In this document: piece after piece, positions 8,240-18,688 of the stretch
Layout: every line of letters starts with the position of its first letter
How positions within the stretch are numbered: the first letter of the stretch is position 1
Assembly (NCBI GenBank): GCA_023261755.1
Contig: JAGDXS010000028.1
Location: 13,743-77,742, forward strand
DNA: 64,000 nt
Source of the DNA: Thermoplasmata archaeon
GTDB lineage: Archaea > Thermoplasmatota > Thermoplasmata > Thermoplasmatales > ARK-15
Direction: 5' to 3'
Notes under the pieces: generated by a model
Databases searched by the model: none
What the model was told of the DNA's origin: nothing
What the model saw: the letters and a program-made list of their open reading frames with translations, nothing else
Position numbers and translations under genes: made by a program

Positions 8240-9406
8240 ATGGATGCTTATATTGTTTCTGCAGCTAGAACTCCAATTGGTAAGTATGGTAAAGCATTTT
8301 TGAATGTTTCAGCACAAGAACTTGGAAAAATTGCGGTGAATGAAGCATTAAAAAGAGCTAACATTTCTAGCGACATGGTTGATGAAGTAATTATGGGTAA
8401 TGTACTCCAATGCGGCTTGGGTCAGAATCCAGCCCGACAAGTAGCCTTAAAAGCAAGTTTTCCATATAAAATTTCAGCGTTTACTGTAAACAAGGTATGC
8501 GGTTCAGGTTTGAAATCTGTTATGTTGGCCGCACAATCCATAAAAGCAGGTGATCAGGATATTGTTGTGGCAGGAGGTATGGAAAATATGAGCCAGGCGC
8601 CTTATTATATGAAAGGTGCCAGGTTCGGGCTTAAGTACGATAATACAACGATGTATGATGAAATGATCATGGATGGTTTATGGGATGCATATTATAACGT
8701 TCATATGATCAAGACTGGTGAGGTAATAGCAGAAAAATATAATCTCACGAGGGAGGAAATAGATCAATTCGCCTATGAAAGCCATATGAAAGCTAATAAG
8801 GCAACCGTAAATGGTACCTTTTCCAAAGAAATTGTTCCGGTCAAAACTGAATCAGGTATAGTTGACAAGGATGAAGGCATAAGGCCTGACACAACACCTG
8901 AAAAACTTGCAAAACTGAAACCAGCATTAAAAGATGGAAAGTATGTGACAGCAGGAAATGCATCACAGTTAAGTGATGGTGGTGCTGCAGTAGTTGTTAT
9001 GAGTGAAAAAAAGATGAAAGATCTAGGCATTGAACCTATGGCCAGGATCATTGCTTACAATACTTCTGGTGTTGATCCTCTATATGTAATGGAAGCCCCA
9101 ATTCCTGGAGTGAAATCACTCCTTGAAAAAACAGGATTTTCTATCAAGGACATAGATCTTTTCGAGCATAATGAGGCATATGCATCTGCAAGTCTAGCTG
9201 TGAAAAAAGCTTTGAATGTACCAGATAACATTTTCAATATACATGGAGGTGCTGTAGCTCTAGGCCATCCGATTGGTGCTAGTGGTGCAAGAGTTCTTAC
9301 AACACTTCTATACGGCCTGATTGAAAGAAAGGGCAGATATGGTATCGTTACGATTTGCCTAGGAGGGGGAAATGCAGTTAGTATGCTCGTGGAGAATTTG
9401 AGGTGA
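8240..9406 (+). CDS. acetyl-CoA C-acetyltransferase (thiolase II)
   Basis: MDAYIVSAARTPIGKYG, the active-site region NKVCGSG, and the C-terminal NIHGGAVALGHPIGASGARV and CLGGG motifs. The track ORF's 41-aa N-terminal extension (8117) overlaps the valS start and was dropped. Confidence 0.85.
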   Translation: MDAYIVSAARTPIGKYGKAFLNVSAQELGKIAVNEALKRANISSDMVDEVIMGNVLQCGLGQNPARQVALKASFPYKISAFTVNKVCGSGLKSVMLAAQSIKAGDQDIVVAGGMENMSQAPYYMKGARFGLKYDNTTMYDEMIMDGLWDAYYNVHMIKTGEVIAEKYNLTREEIDQFAYESHMKANKATVNGTFSKEIVPVKTESGIVDKDEGIRPDTTPEKLAKLKPALKDGKYVTAGNASQLSDGGAAVVVMSEKKMKDLGIEPMARIIAYNTSGVDPLYVMEAPIPGVKSLLEKTGFSIKDIDLFEHNEAYASASLAVKKALNVPDNIFNIHGGAVALGHPIGASGARVLTTLLYGLIERKGRYGIVTICLGGGNAVSMLVENLR

Positions 9407-9412
9407 TATAAA

Positions 9413-10252
9413 ATGAAGGTAACAGTTTTTGGGGCTGGAACAATGGGCAGGGGAATAGCACAGGTATTTGCCACATATAACCATGATGTTCTTCTTATTG
9501 ATGTGGAACAGAAATTCATAGATAATGGTATAAATGGAATAAAATCAAGTCTTAACAAATTGTATGAAAAAAAACAAATTAATGAAGAACCTGCAAAAAT
9601 CTTGGAAAGAATAAAAACTTCATTGAAGATAGAAGATTCCAAGGGTTCAGATCTTGTAATTGAAGCCATAGTTGAAAAATTTGAAATGAAGGCAGATCTT
9701 TTTAAAAAGTTGGATGAATTTCTTGATCCCAGGGTAATTTTTGCATCAAATACTTCTTCAATATCAATAACTAGGTTGGCAAGTATGACTAAAAGACCTG
9801 AAAAATTCGTTGGTATGCATTTCTTCAATCCAGTGCCCCTTATGAAACTTGTTGAAATAGTAAAAGGTGAAAAAACAGATGAAAATACGGTAAATTATGT
9901 CTATGATCTTGCAAAATCACTGGGAAAAATTCCTGTGAAGGTTCAAGATTATCCCGGTTTTGTTGCAAATAGAATTCTAATGCCACTGATAAATGAGGCT
10001 ATAAATGCACTAATGGAAGGAGTTGCAACAAAGGAGGATATAGATAGTGTTGCAAAGTTTGGCCTTAACCATCCCATGGGGCCTCTTGAACTCGCTGATT
10101 TAATTGGCCTAGATGTTTGCCTTGATATAATGAATGTACTTTACCAAGACTTTGGAGATCAGAGGTATGCACCATCCCCATTATTGAAAAGGATGGTTGC
10201 ATCAGGAAAACTTGGCAGAAAATCTGGTGAAGGCTTTTATAAATATAAATGA
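9413..10252 (+). CDS. hbd: 3-hydroxybutyryl-CoA / 3-hydroxyacyl-CoA dehydrogenase
   Basis: Rossmann motif VFGAGTMGRGIA, plus SNTSSISIT and GMHFFNPVPLMKLVE. It lies 6 nt downstream of the thiolase gene. Confidence 0.85.
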   Translation: MKVTVFGAGTMGRGIAQVFATYNHDVLLIDVEQKFIDNGINGIKSSLNKLYEKKQINEEPAKILERIKTSLKIEDSKGSDLVIEAIVEKFEMKADLFKKLDEFLDPRVIFASNTSSISITRLASMTKRPEKFVGMHFFNPVPLMKLVEIVKGEKTDENTVNYVYDLAKSLGKIPVKVQDYPGFVANRILMPLINEAINALMEGVATKEDIDSVAKFGLNHPMGPLELADLIGLDVCLDIMNVLYQDFGDQRYAPSPLLKRMVASGKLGRKSGEGFYKYK

Positions 10253-11458
10253 TTAAGAGATTACTTTTCCTTTTTTAATTATTTCAGTTACTAGGTTAAC
10301 GCCAAAATGGTATCCTATTTCTGTATATGATTTGGCATCCATAATTATTAAGTTAGCATCCTTTCCAACTTCAATAGATCCTAATTTATCCTGTAATCCC
10401 GATGCAAAAGCTGCATTGTATGTTGATGCAACTATTGCTTCCTCAACAGTCATTCTCATTCTATAAATTGAAAGTGAAATTATTTCCTGCATATTTTCTG
10501 TATAGCAGTTAGGGTTCAGATCCGTGCCTATTGCAACAGCAACATTGTTTTTTATAAACTTTCTTGCATCTGAAAAACTTTCTTGAAATAATGTAAATGG
10601 AGTACCAGGGAGTAAAACAGCCACGGTATTCTTTTTACTCATCTCATTAATTATTTCGTCTGGGGTTTTTAATAAATGGTCCATGGAAATAAAATCAAAT
10701 TTCTTTATTAGGGAACTGCATCCTATGTATTCTAATTCATCCGCATGCATTTTTAATTTGAATCCTTGTTCTTTTGCTTTTTTAAGGAACAATTCTGTTG
10801 ATTCCTTGGAAAATGCACCCTTATCGCAAAAAACATCAACATTTTTGGCATAATCCTTAATTTTTTCAATATTGTCAGAAATATATTCAACATATTCTTT
10901 TTCTTCCCTATTTTTAGGAATGATGTGAAGAAGGAATGTTGGTGATATTTCAATACTATAGTTTTCAGATAATCTTTTTATAACTTTGAGCATTTTTATT
11001 TCATTTTCAATATCAATACCATAACCTGATTTTGCCTCCGCACCTAGAGTTCCATGCTTAACCATATATTCTAGCCTTTTGGATGATTCTTCGTAAAGTT
11101 CTTCTTCACTTGCATTTCTCGTTTTATCAACTGTGTAATAAATACCACCTCCTGCATTCTGTATTTCTAGGTAACTTTTTCCCTGCATTTTTAATGATAA
11201 TTCAAAATCTCTAATGCCAGAAAATACAAGATGCGTATGTGGATCAACAAACGCTGGCATGACTATTTTTCCTGATGCATCAATTTTTTCTTCTATTTTA
11301 TCAGGAAGCTCTTTCGTAATTTTAATTATTTTTCCCCTATCTATCCAAATATTGGAATTTTTGATTATTCCTAGATCCCTCATTTCATTTCCTTTTTTTG
11401 GTTTGTTATAACCATGTGGGATTGTTAAAATCTCTGATGCATTCTCTATTACGATCAT
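10253..11458 (-). CDS. hutI: imidazolonepropionase
   Basis: DPHTHLVFSG, GGGIYYTVDKTR, KSGYG, KMHADE and GTDLNPN are co-linear with bacterial HutI as I recall it. Confidence 0.8.
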   Translation of the reverse strand: MIVIENASEILTIPHGYNKPKKGNEMRDLGIIKNSNIWIDRGKIIKITKELPDKIEEKIDASGKIVMPAFVDPHTHLVFSGIRDFELSLKMQGKSYLEIQNAGGGIYYTVDKTRNASEEELYEESSKRLEYMVKHGTLGAEAKSGYGIDIENEIKMLKVIKRLSENYSIEISPTFLLHIIPKNREEKEYVEYISDNIEKIKDYAKNVDVFCDKGAFSKESTELFLKKAKEQGFKLKMHADELEYIGCSSLIKKFDFISMDHLLKTPDEIINEMSKKNTVAVLLPGTPFTLFQESFSDARKFIKNNVAVAIGTDLNPNCYTENMQEIISLSIYRMRMTVEEAIVASTYNAAFASGLQDKLGSIEVGKDANLIIMDAKSYTEIGYHFGVNLVTEIIKKGKVIS

Positions 11459-12057
11459 GATTGATCTATTATTTTGAATATCTCCTTCTTCCTCTTTTCC
11501 ATTTCATCCCTTGATATTTTATTCCAGTTGTTTCCCTGAGGGTCTATAGAAACAATTAATGGCCCAAAATCGATTGCATCGAATATCCACATTGCTTCTG
11601 GTGATCCAAGTTCATCAAGAAAATAAACATTTTCTACTTTGTGGAAACTTTTTGCCGCTAGAGCACCTGCACCACCAGTGTATGTTGCATATATGCCCTT
11701 TATATTCTTCAAGGCTTCGGCTGTATTATCGCCCATTCCACCTTTACCTACTATGATCCTTATTCCATATATCTTTATAACATCCTTTTCGAATAGATCC
11801 ATTCTCGATGATGTTGTTGGTCCAGCAGCTAAGACCTTCCACTCATCCCCCTCTTTTTTTACAACTGGGCCACAGTGATAAAGTACCATCTTTGATGGAT
11901 CGAATGGAAGACTTTCACCTTTTTCATGAAGTTCAAGCATTAATTGATGAGCTTCATCTCTTGCTGTAAAAACTTTTCCTGTAATGTATATTACATCCCC
12001 CATCTTTAAATTTTGAATCTTATCCATATCTTCAGGTATTTTTAATTTGTACATCAT
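11455..12057 (-). CDS. class I fumarate hydratase / Fe-S hydro-lyase, beta subunit
   Basis: GDVIYITGKVFTARDEAH and GKGGMG motifs. It overlaps both neighbours (the upstream alpha subunit by 1 nt). Confidence 0.8.
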   Translation of the reverse strand: MMYKLKIPEDMDKIQNLKMGDVIYITGKVFTARDEAHQLMLELHEKGESLPFDPSKMVLYHCGPVVKKEGDEWKVLAAGPTTSSRMDLFEKDVIKIYGIRIIVGKGGMGDNTAEALKNIKGIYATYTGGAGALAAKSFHKVENVYFLDELGSPEAMWIFDAIDFGPLIVSIDPQGNNWNKISRDEMEKRKKEIFKIIDQS

Positions 12058-12914
12058 TACTGTTTCACCTCCACCTTTCCAGAAGAATCTACCTTAATTA
12101 TTGCCCTTCTATCCGCCCAGCACTGAACAACAAGGCCTACAGGTAATGATGCAGGATGTCTGTATGCATATTCAATATGAACATCAAGTACGGATGTCCT
12201 GCCACCCCAGCCCATTGTGCCAACCTCAGTTTTATTTAACAAATCTAATAATTCCAGTTCAAGATCCGCCACCCTTTTTTCCTCATGTCTCTGACCAAGA
12301 GGCCTTAATAGCGCTCTTTTAGCGATGATCATTGAAAGATCTGAACCTCCACCTATGCCGAGGCCAACAATAATAGGTGGGCAAGGGTTTGCACCAGCTT
12401 TAATCACTTGATCAACTACAAATTTCTTTATGCCCTTTATACCCTCCCCTGGCTTCAGCATGCCAAGGGCGCTTGCATTTTCAGAGCCACCACCCTTTGG
12501 CAATACATATATTGTGGCATCATTTCCTTCCCTAAGGAACCAGTTAATGTAGGGAATGAACCTGCCAACATTATTTCCAGGGTTTTTTCCTGTAAATGGA
12601 TCAACGGCGTTTGGTCTTATATAATAAAGATTTGTTGCCTTTGCAACACTTGCTGTAATAGCATTAACAATTTCCTTCTTGTATGGGAAATCATACCCAA
12701 CATCCAGGAAAAATGTCTGGGTTCCAGTATCCTGACATATTGGTAACTTTTTTTCCTTTGCATATTTTACATTATCTAAAATGGAATTTAGCTGTGATTT
12801 AGAAACTTCATTAGTTTCATTTTCATAAGCAACCCTTATGTGCTCAAATACATCATAAGGAATGGATGTTTCTGCTGTTCTAATAGCCTCCAAAATAGTC
12901 TCCTCGATGTTCAT
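12057..12914 (-). CDS. class I fumarate hydratase / Fe-S hydro-lyase, alpha subunit
   Basis: CQDTGT motif, 285 aa, paired with the beta subunit. Confidence 0.8.
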   Translation of the reverse strand: MNIEETILEAIRTAETSIPYDVFEHIRVAYENETNEVSKSQLNSILDNVKYAKEKKLPICQDTGTQTFFLDVGYDFPYKKEIVNAITASVAKATNLYYIRPNAVDPFTGKNPGNNVGRFIPYINWFLREGNDATIYVLPKGGGSENASALGMLKPGEGIKGIKKFVVDQVIKAGANPCPPIIVGLGIGGGSDLSMIIAKRALLRPLGQRHEEKRVADLELELLDLLNKTEVGTMGWGGRTSVLDVHIEYAYRHPASLPVGLVVQCWADRRAIIKVDSSGKVEVKQ

Positions 12915-12974
12915 AATACTTACATGTAATTCGAATTAATAAAGTAATTGCATTTATATTAGAGAAATATTTAA

Positions 12975-13916
<942 letters not shown>

Positions 13917-14384
13917 ATGCCAAATATGGAATTAAAGATTGAAAAGATAAGAAACGGAACAGTTATTGATCATATACCTTCAGGAATGGCATTAAAAGTT
14001 TTGAAAATTCTTGACATAGATGAAAATGTAAAAACGACACTTAGTATAGGAATTCATGTATCAAGTGGAAAACTCGGCTACAAGGACATTGTAAAAATAG
14101 AGGACAGATATTTAGCATCCAAAGAGATTGCAAAGATAGCTTTGATTGCACCAAATGCAACAGTAAATAAAATAAAAGATTATGAGGTAATAGAAAAATA
14201 TACTGTTACACCACCTTCTGAGATCATAGGCATAGTCAAATGTTCAAATCCGGCCTGCGTGACCAATGCGAAAGAGCCAATTTCCCCAGAATTTTACGTA
14301 ATTTCAACCAATCCAATAAGAATTAAATGCAAATACTGTGAAAGAGAGATGGAAGGCAAAGACATAATTCAAAATATTATATAG
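13917..14384 (+). CDS. pyrI: aspartate carbamoyltransferase regulatory subunit
   Basis: IRNGTVIDHI and the C-terminal zinc motif CSNPAC...CKYCE. It starts immediately after the pyrB stop. Confidence 0.9.
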   Translation: MPNMELKIEKIRNGTVIDHIPSGMALKVLKILDIDENVKTTLSIGIHVSSGKLGYKDIVKIEDRYLASKEIAKIALIAPNATVNKIKDYEVIEKYTVTPPSEIIGIVKCSNPACVTNAKEPISPEFYVISTNPIRIKCKYCEREMEGKDIIQNII

Positions 14385-15045
14385 GTTCTGAATTAATTTC
14401 AACTCTGACTAAATCACCATCATTTACTTTCAATGCTTTTCTTAAATTTACTGCGCTCACTATTTCTACCACATTTTTATAATGGCCTCTCTCTGGAAAT
14501 ACTATATAACAATTTATTCCATTTATTTTTGCTCTCTGTACAAACACATCACCAAATGTTCTTCCATTTTCAACAAAACCTGTGAGCTTTATTTTAGAAT
14601 TATTTTTCAAATAATTGAGCCTTTCAATCGTTTCATCATCTACCTCAAGATTGAATGTACCTGGATAAGGAATTTCATTGAAAAATTTTTTAAATTGATC
14701 AATGTAACCTTTCCTTGTCATGTAATAAGATCCTTCGCCCATTCCTGTTACAACTTTACCTGCGAAACTTATTTCAGAAAAAAATTTTTCTATAGATATA
14801 ATAGATTTAATTTCATTTTCTAAAAATTTCATTCCCTGTTGGGATATTTTGATCCTTGTTCCGGATCTTGATATTATCCTTTTTATATATCCCTTTTTCT
14901 CAAGCTCAGAAAGCTTTCTAGATGAAGTTTGCTGACTTAATCCTATTATTTTGCCAAAGTCAGCTGTTTTTATTGTCACATAATTTTTCAATGCACCAAG
15001 TTTTGTAAGATTTTCCAATAGGCAGAATGCTTCACAATCCTTCAT
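14377..15045 (-). CDS. HTH-fused CTP-dependent riboflavin kinase (RbkR-type regulator/kinase)
   Basis: N-terminal wHTH (GLSQQTSSRKLSELEKKGYI). The C-terminal archaeal RibK carries the motifs GKVVTGMGEGSYY and PGTFNLE. Confidence 0.8.
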   Translation of the reverse strand: MKDCEAFCLLENLTKLGALKNYVTIKTADFGKIIGLSQQTSSRKLSELEKKGYIKRIISRSGTRIKISQQGMKFLENEIKSIISIEKFFSEISFAGKVVTGMGEGSYYMTRKGYIDQFKKFFNEIPYPGTFNLEVDDETIERLNYLKNNSKIKLTGFVENGRTFGDVFVQRAKINGINCYIVFPERGHYKNVVEIVSAVNLRKALKVNDGDLVRVEINSEPI

Positions 15046-15401
15046 GCAAAATCAAGCCTCTTTTCGCCCCTAGGTCTTATTACTTTGATACCATTCTTTT
15101 TCAATCTTTCAATTAGGATCCTATCATTTGTAAGTACAATGCATTTTTTTTTAATTGCAAGATCAAATATGGAATAATCCCCGGATAAATCTGTTTCTAT
15201 TACTTTGAATTTTTTGGCATATTTCAAAGCAGCCATAGCGTCAGAATTTCCCCGGGAGAGATTTTCAAGTTCATGGATAACACTCTCGGGAACAAGTATA
15301 ACATAGCTTCCTAAAAGCCTTTGAAGCTCATCCTCTATCCTAAGCTTACTCTGAAAAGGTAGCATAAGAGCATTTGTGTCAACAATCACTTCATTTACCA
15401 T
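15042..15401 (-). CDS. PIN-domain nuclease, Fcf1-like (COG1412-type)
   Basis: The N-terminal VIVDTNALMLP, the ELxxL pattern and the C-terminal TNDxxL are typical of small archaeal Fcf1-like PIN proteins. Confidence 0.6.
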   Translation of the reverse strand: MVNEVIVDTNALMLPFQSKLRIEDELQRLLGSYVILVPESVIHELENLSRGNSDAMAALKYAKKFKVIETDLSGDYSIFDLAIKKKCIVLTNDRILIERLKKNGIKVIRPRGEKRLDFA

Positions 15402-16635
15402 TGAGGAACTTACCTACCCTGGCTATTCCCTCATCTATTTTTTCCATATATCTTACAAGTGGGCCATAGGAGATCCTTATGCCATTACGCATTGAATTCC
15501 CAAAGCCCTTACCAGGAACAAAAATGACTCCTGTGTGTTTCAAAACATCAATAACAAAGGCGTCTGAATCGGTTTTTACATCCACAGCAACATAAAGGCC
15601 GCCTTGAGGTTCAAGATATTTAAAACCCAAATGATCTTCTATTGCTTTTGTAGTTATCTTAGCAGCTTTTTTGTAATCAAACCTTATTTTATCAACATAT
15701 TCTTTTAGATCATTTTTCGAGATCATTTTCATAAATTCTGTAAAAGCGATCTGATGCAAGGAATCTGGGCATAGAATAGAAACCTGCTGCATCCTCTCCA
15801 TAGATTTTATTATATCTTCGTTCGCTTCAATCCATCCCATTCTTCTTCCCAGGCCACGGTCCCATTTACTATTTGAATTAATTGTGATTATGTTTTCATA
15901 ATCACTTGGAGAAAATGAAAAATAATCTGGATATGTATCGTTGAAATATTGCGTTTTATAAGCATAATCCAAAATGAGGTATGTTCCAGAATCCATTGAT
16001 ATTTTAATAACATCTTTCATGAAATCCTCTGGAATTATCTGGCTAGTTGGATTATCTGGTGATGCTATTAACATTGCCTTTAGATTTTTGTCCTTGAACA
16101 ATTCATTTATCTGCGATAAAATTTCTTTTTTATTGCTCAGATATTTCCATTCTTCGTTGAGGAATCTTATTGTTTTAACCTTTATATTATCAGAAACAAA
16201 TTTTATTTGACCAAAATAATTAGCATATGTTGGATCAACAAGTGCAATTGAATCACCCGGATCAAGAAGAACCCTAAGTAAATCTATTGTTAATTGAGAG
16301 CTGCTCCCTCCTATTATTATATTATTTGATTTTAAATTCTCATTAAATAAATATTTTTCATAAAGAGAAATTGCCTCTTTTGTTTCATTGAACCCAGAGG
16401 TTGGAGAATAACCACCTGCCCTGTGGAATAGCATTTTATCAGATATTATTTTTTTATAAGCCTCTATAAGTGCATCTGGTGCATAATGATCTACCCATCC
16501 ACCACCAAAAGATATTACATCATCTGGATTTAGACCTATGTTTATTATATTCTGAGGTTCAGCCATTTTCATTATTTCTCTAATTGGTGAAGGACTATTT
16601 ATCTCCCTTTTTATTAATGATGATAAACTTTTCAT
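15391..16635 (-). CDS. PLP-dependent aminotransferase, class I/II
   Basis: 414 aa. The fold-type I pattern includes the SNSK lysine region and an N-terminal SPIREI. Confidence 0.7.
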   Translation of the reverse strand: MKSLSSLIKREINSPSPIREIMKMAEPQNIINIGLNPDDVISFGGGWVDHYAPDALIEAYKKIISDKMLFHRAGGYSPTSGFNETKEAISLYEKYLFNENLKSNNIIIGGSSSQLTIDLLRVLLDPGDSIALVDPTYANYFGQIKFVSDNIKVKTIRFLNEEWKYLSNKKEILSQINELFKDKNLKAMLIASPDNPTSQIIPEDFMKDVIKISMDSGTYLILDYAYKTQYFNDTYPDYFSFSPSDYENIITINSNSKWDRGLGRRMGWIEANEDIIKSMERMQQVSILCPDSLHQIAFTEFMKMISKNDLKEYVDKIRFDYKKAAKITTKAIEDHLGFKYLEPQGGLYVAVDVKTDSDAFVIDVLKHTGVIFVPGKGFGNSMRNGIRISYGPLVRYMEKIDEGIARVGKFLNGK

Positions 16636-16644
16636 TTTACCACC

Positions 16645-17274
16645 TCATGGAACAATACTGCCAAAGGCAATATCCTTCTTTATTTTTTCAATCTTTACCT
16701 TTAACTTTTGTCCTTTCTTTGCCTTAGGTATGTAGATAGTGAAATTCCCTTTTTTTGCTATACCGTCACCATCTTTACTTACATCAATGATCTCAAGCTC
16801 GTATGTTTTACCTTCTTCTATTTTTTCTTCCTGTACTTTTATTTCAATGTGGGCCGTGACTGGCCTTATTGCACCGCAAGCCTTGCAAACAAGAATTTCT
16901 ATCCTATCTTCCTTTTTAAGGATTGTATCAGGGCTTCCACATTCGTAGCATAAAACATAAGTTTTCACATATTGATTTATCCTGTCTTTAATATCTGATA
17001 AAGATACCTTCCCCTTGAAAACCAATCTTCCACCTTGAATTGTTCCAGCCGTGCCAAGTTCCCTGAAAAGGAACTTTGAAAGGTGCTGTGGATCCCTGTC
17101 CAATTTTTCACAGAATTCACCAAAATTTCTGAATATTGTATTTTTTCCTTCTATTGTAATTTCAGCCTCTGGAAGTTGAAATCTTTCACCTGAATATATT
17201 ACAGGAGGGATATTTTCCCTTGCTCTTTTTAGAAGAGATTCATAATCAAATATATCTACCATGTTTGCAGACAT
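16645..17274 (-). CDS. translation initiation factor aIF2 beta subunit with C-terminal TRAM domain
   Basis: The aIF2beta core carries the zinc ribbon CYECGSPDT...CKACG. The C-terminal approximately 65 aa (YELEIIDVSKDGDGIAKKGNFTIYIPKAKKGQKLKVKI) is TRAM-like. Confidence 0.8.
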   Translation of the reverse strand: MSANMVDIFDYESLLKRARENIPPVIYSGERFQLPEAEITIEGKNTIFRNFGEFCEKLDRDPQHLSKFLFRELGTAGTIQGGRLVFKGKVSLSDIKDRINQYVKTYVLCYECGSPDTILKKEDRIEILVCKACGAIRPVTAHIEIKVQEEKIEEGKTYELEIIDVSKDGDGIAKKGNFTIYIPKAKKGQKLKVKIEKIKKDIAFGSIVP

Positions 17275-17349
17275 TAATAATTATCTTATATACTTTGCCT
17301 TAGCTTTGTATTCAATATTTAAATATCATTAATTATTTTGGATTAACGA

Positions 17350-17913
17350 ATGCTACCTAGTGTACAAGAAATAAAAAATTTAAGGAAAAAGGCTGAACTT
17401 ACGCAAAAAGAATTGGCTGAACTTACAGGTCTTAGTCAATCTTATATTGCAAGACTTGAAAGTGGAGATCTGAACCCAACATATGACAACATAAAAAAGA
17501 TATTTAATGTTCTTGAAAATGAAATTTCAAAAAAGGAAGGTTCAATGTTAAAGGCGAGCGATATAATGTCAAAGAATGTAATATTCGTAAATAGTTCGGA
17601 TACTCTTGAAAAGGCAATGAAACTGCTTCTTGACTATGGATTTTCCCAGTTACCGGTGATAGATAATGGCATCATAGTTGGAAGTATCACAGATAATAAG
17701 ATAGGCCAGAATATAGCTAATGGAAAGACCACAAAGGATTTAAAGAAACTTTTTGTTTCAGAATTTATGGAAGAGCCTTTTCCTCAAATTTCTGAAAATA
17801 CACCAATTAGGGTTATATCCTATCTTCTAAAGCAATACCAAGCCCTTCTTGTAACAAATAAGGGAAAGATTTCAGGAATAATCACAAAATCTGATCTCCT
17901 GAAATCATTGTGA
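17350..17913 (+). CDS. XRE-type HTH plus tandem CBS domain regulator
   Basis: LTQKELAELTGLSQSYIARLE is the HTH_3 element, followed by two CBS-like repeats. Confidence 0.75.
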   Translation: MLPSVQEIKNLRKKAELTQKELAELTGLSQSYIARLESGDLNPTYDNIKKIFNVLENEISKKEGSMLKASDIMSKNVIFVNSSDTLEKAMKLLLDYGFSQLPVIDNGIIVGSITDNKIGQNIANGKTTKDLKKLFVSEFMEEPFPQISENTPIRVISYLLKQYQALLVTNKGKISGIITKSDLLKSL

Positions 17914-17917
17914 TATA

Positions 17918-18002
17918 GCGGAGGTTACCGAGCCTGGTCAAAGGTGCGAGATTCAGGGTCTCGTTCCGAAGGGATTCGGGAGTTCAAATCTCCCCCTCCG
18001 CA
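17918..18002 (+). tRNA. tRNA-Leu (anticodon CAG)
   Basis: Hand-folded cloverleaf: acceptor GCGGAGG/CCTCCGC, anticodon stem CGAGA/TCTCG with loop TTCAGGG, a long variable arm, and T arm GGGAG-TTCAAAT-CTCCC. It is a GC-rich island in AT-rich DNA. Confidence 0.9.
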
Positions 18003-18049
18003 CTTATAATTTAAATAAAAATTTATATTTGTATTTATTTAATAAAATC

Positions 18050-18688
18050 ATGATCACTGAAAAATTGTATTGGAAAGATTCTTATTTAAAATACTTTGAT
18101 GCAATTGTAGTTTCAATTGAAGATAATAAAATTGAACTTGATAGGACTGCTTTTTATCCAAAGGGAGGTGGACAGGTAGGCGATACTGGGTATATAAATG
18201 AAATAAAAGTTTTAGACACGATAAAAGAGAATGATACAATTTTTCATGTTGTTGAGAAAAATGATTTCAAAATTGGAGAAAATGTTTCAGGAAAAATAGA
18301 TTGGGATAGAAGATACAAAATAATGAGAAACCATTCTGCGTCCCATATTGTGGAATATTTCATGCTTTTAGAATTTAAGGATATAAGGCCATATTCATCA
18401 GGCCTTGTTGACGATTTAAAGGATAGAACCGATTATTTGACAGAAAAAACCTTAGAAATTGAAAGAATAAAAATTGTTGAAAACAACGTGAATGCATTCA
18501 TTGAAGAGAACAATCCAATAAACATTTGGATAGATGAAAATGGAATAAGGCACTGGGAATCAAAATTTATAAAAACAAAATGCGCAGGAACACACGTAAA
18601 AAACACATCAGAAATAGGAAAAGTAAAAATAGAAAAGGGAAAAAAGCCTGGTAAAGGAAGGGAAAGAATTGAAACAATGGTTATCTGA
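18050..18688 (+). CDS. alaX: alanyl-tRNA editing protein AlaX (AlaX-M type)
   Basis: FYPKGGGQVGDTG, the zinc motifs HSASH and CAGTH. ATG at 18050 lies about 25 nt downstream of the TATA-like AAATTTATATTT. Confidence 0.8.
   Translation: MITEKLYWKDSYLKYFDAIVVSIEDNKIELDRTAFYPKGGGQVGDTGYINEIKVLDTIKENDTIFHVVEKNDFKIGENVSGKIDWDRRYKIMRNHSASHIVEYFMLLEFKDIRPYSSGLVDDLKDRTDYLTEKTLEIERIKIVENNVNAFIEENNPINIWIDENGIRHWESKFIKTKCAGTHVKNTSEIGKVKIEKGKKPGKGRERIETMVI

Noticed and set aside
9055-9828. 257-aa minus-strand ORF spanning the thiolase/hbd junction
   Set aside because: It lies antisense to two plus-strand genes with unmistakable family motifs. Its translation is low-complexity (S/F/L/I-rich) with no motif. 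It is a typical shadow ORF.
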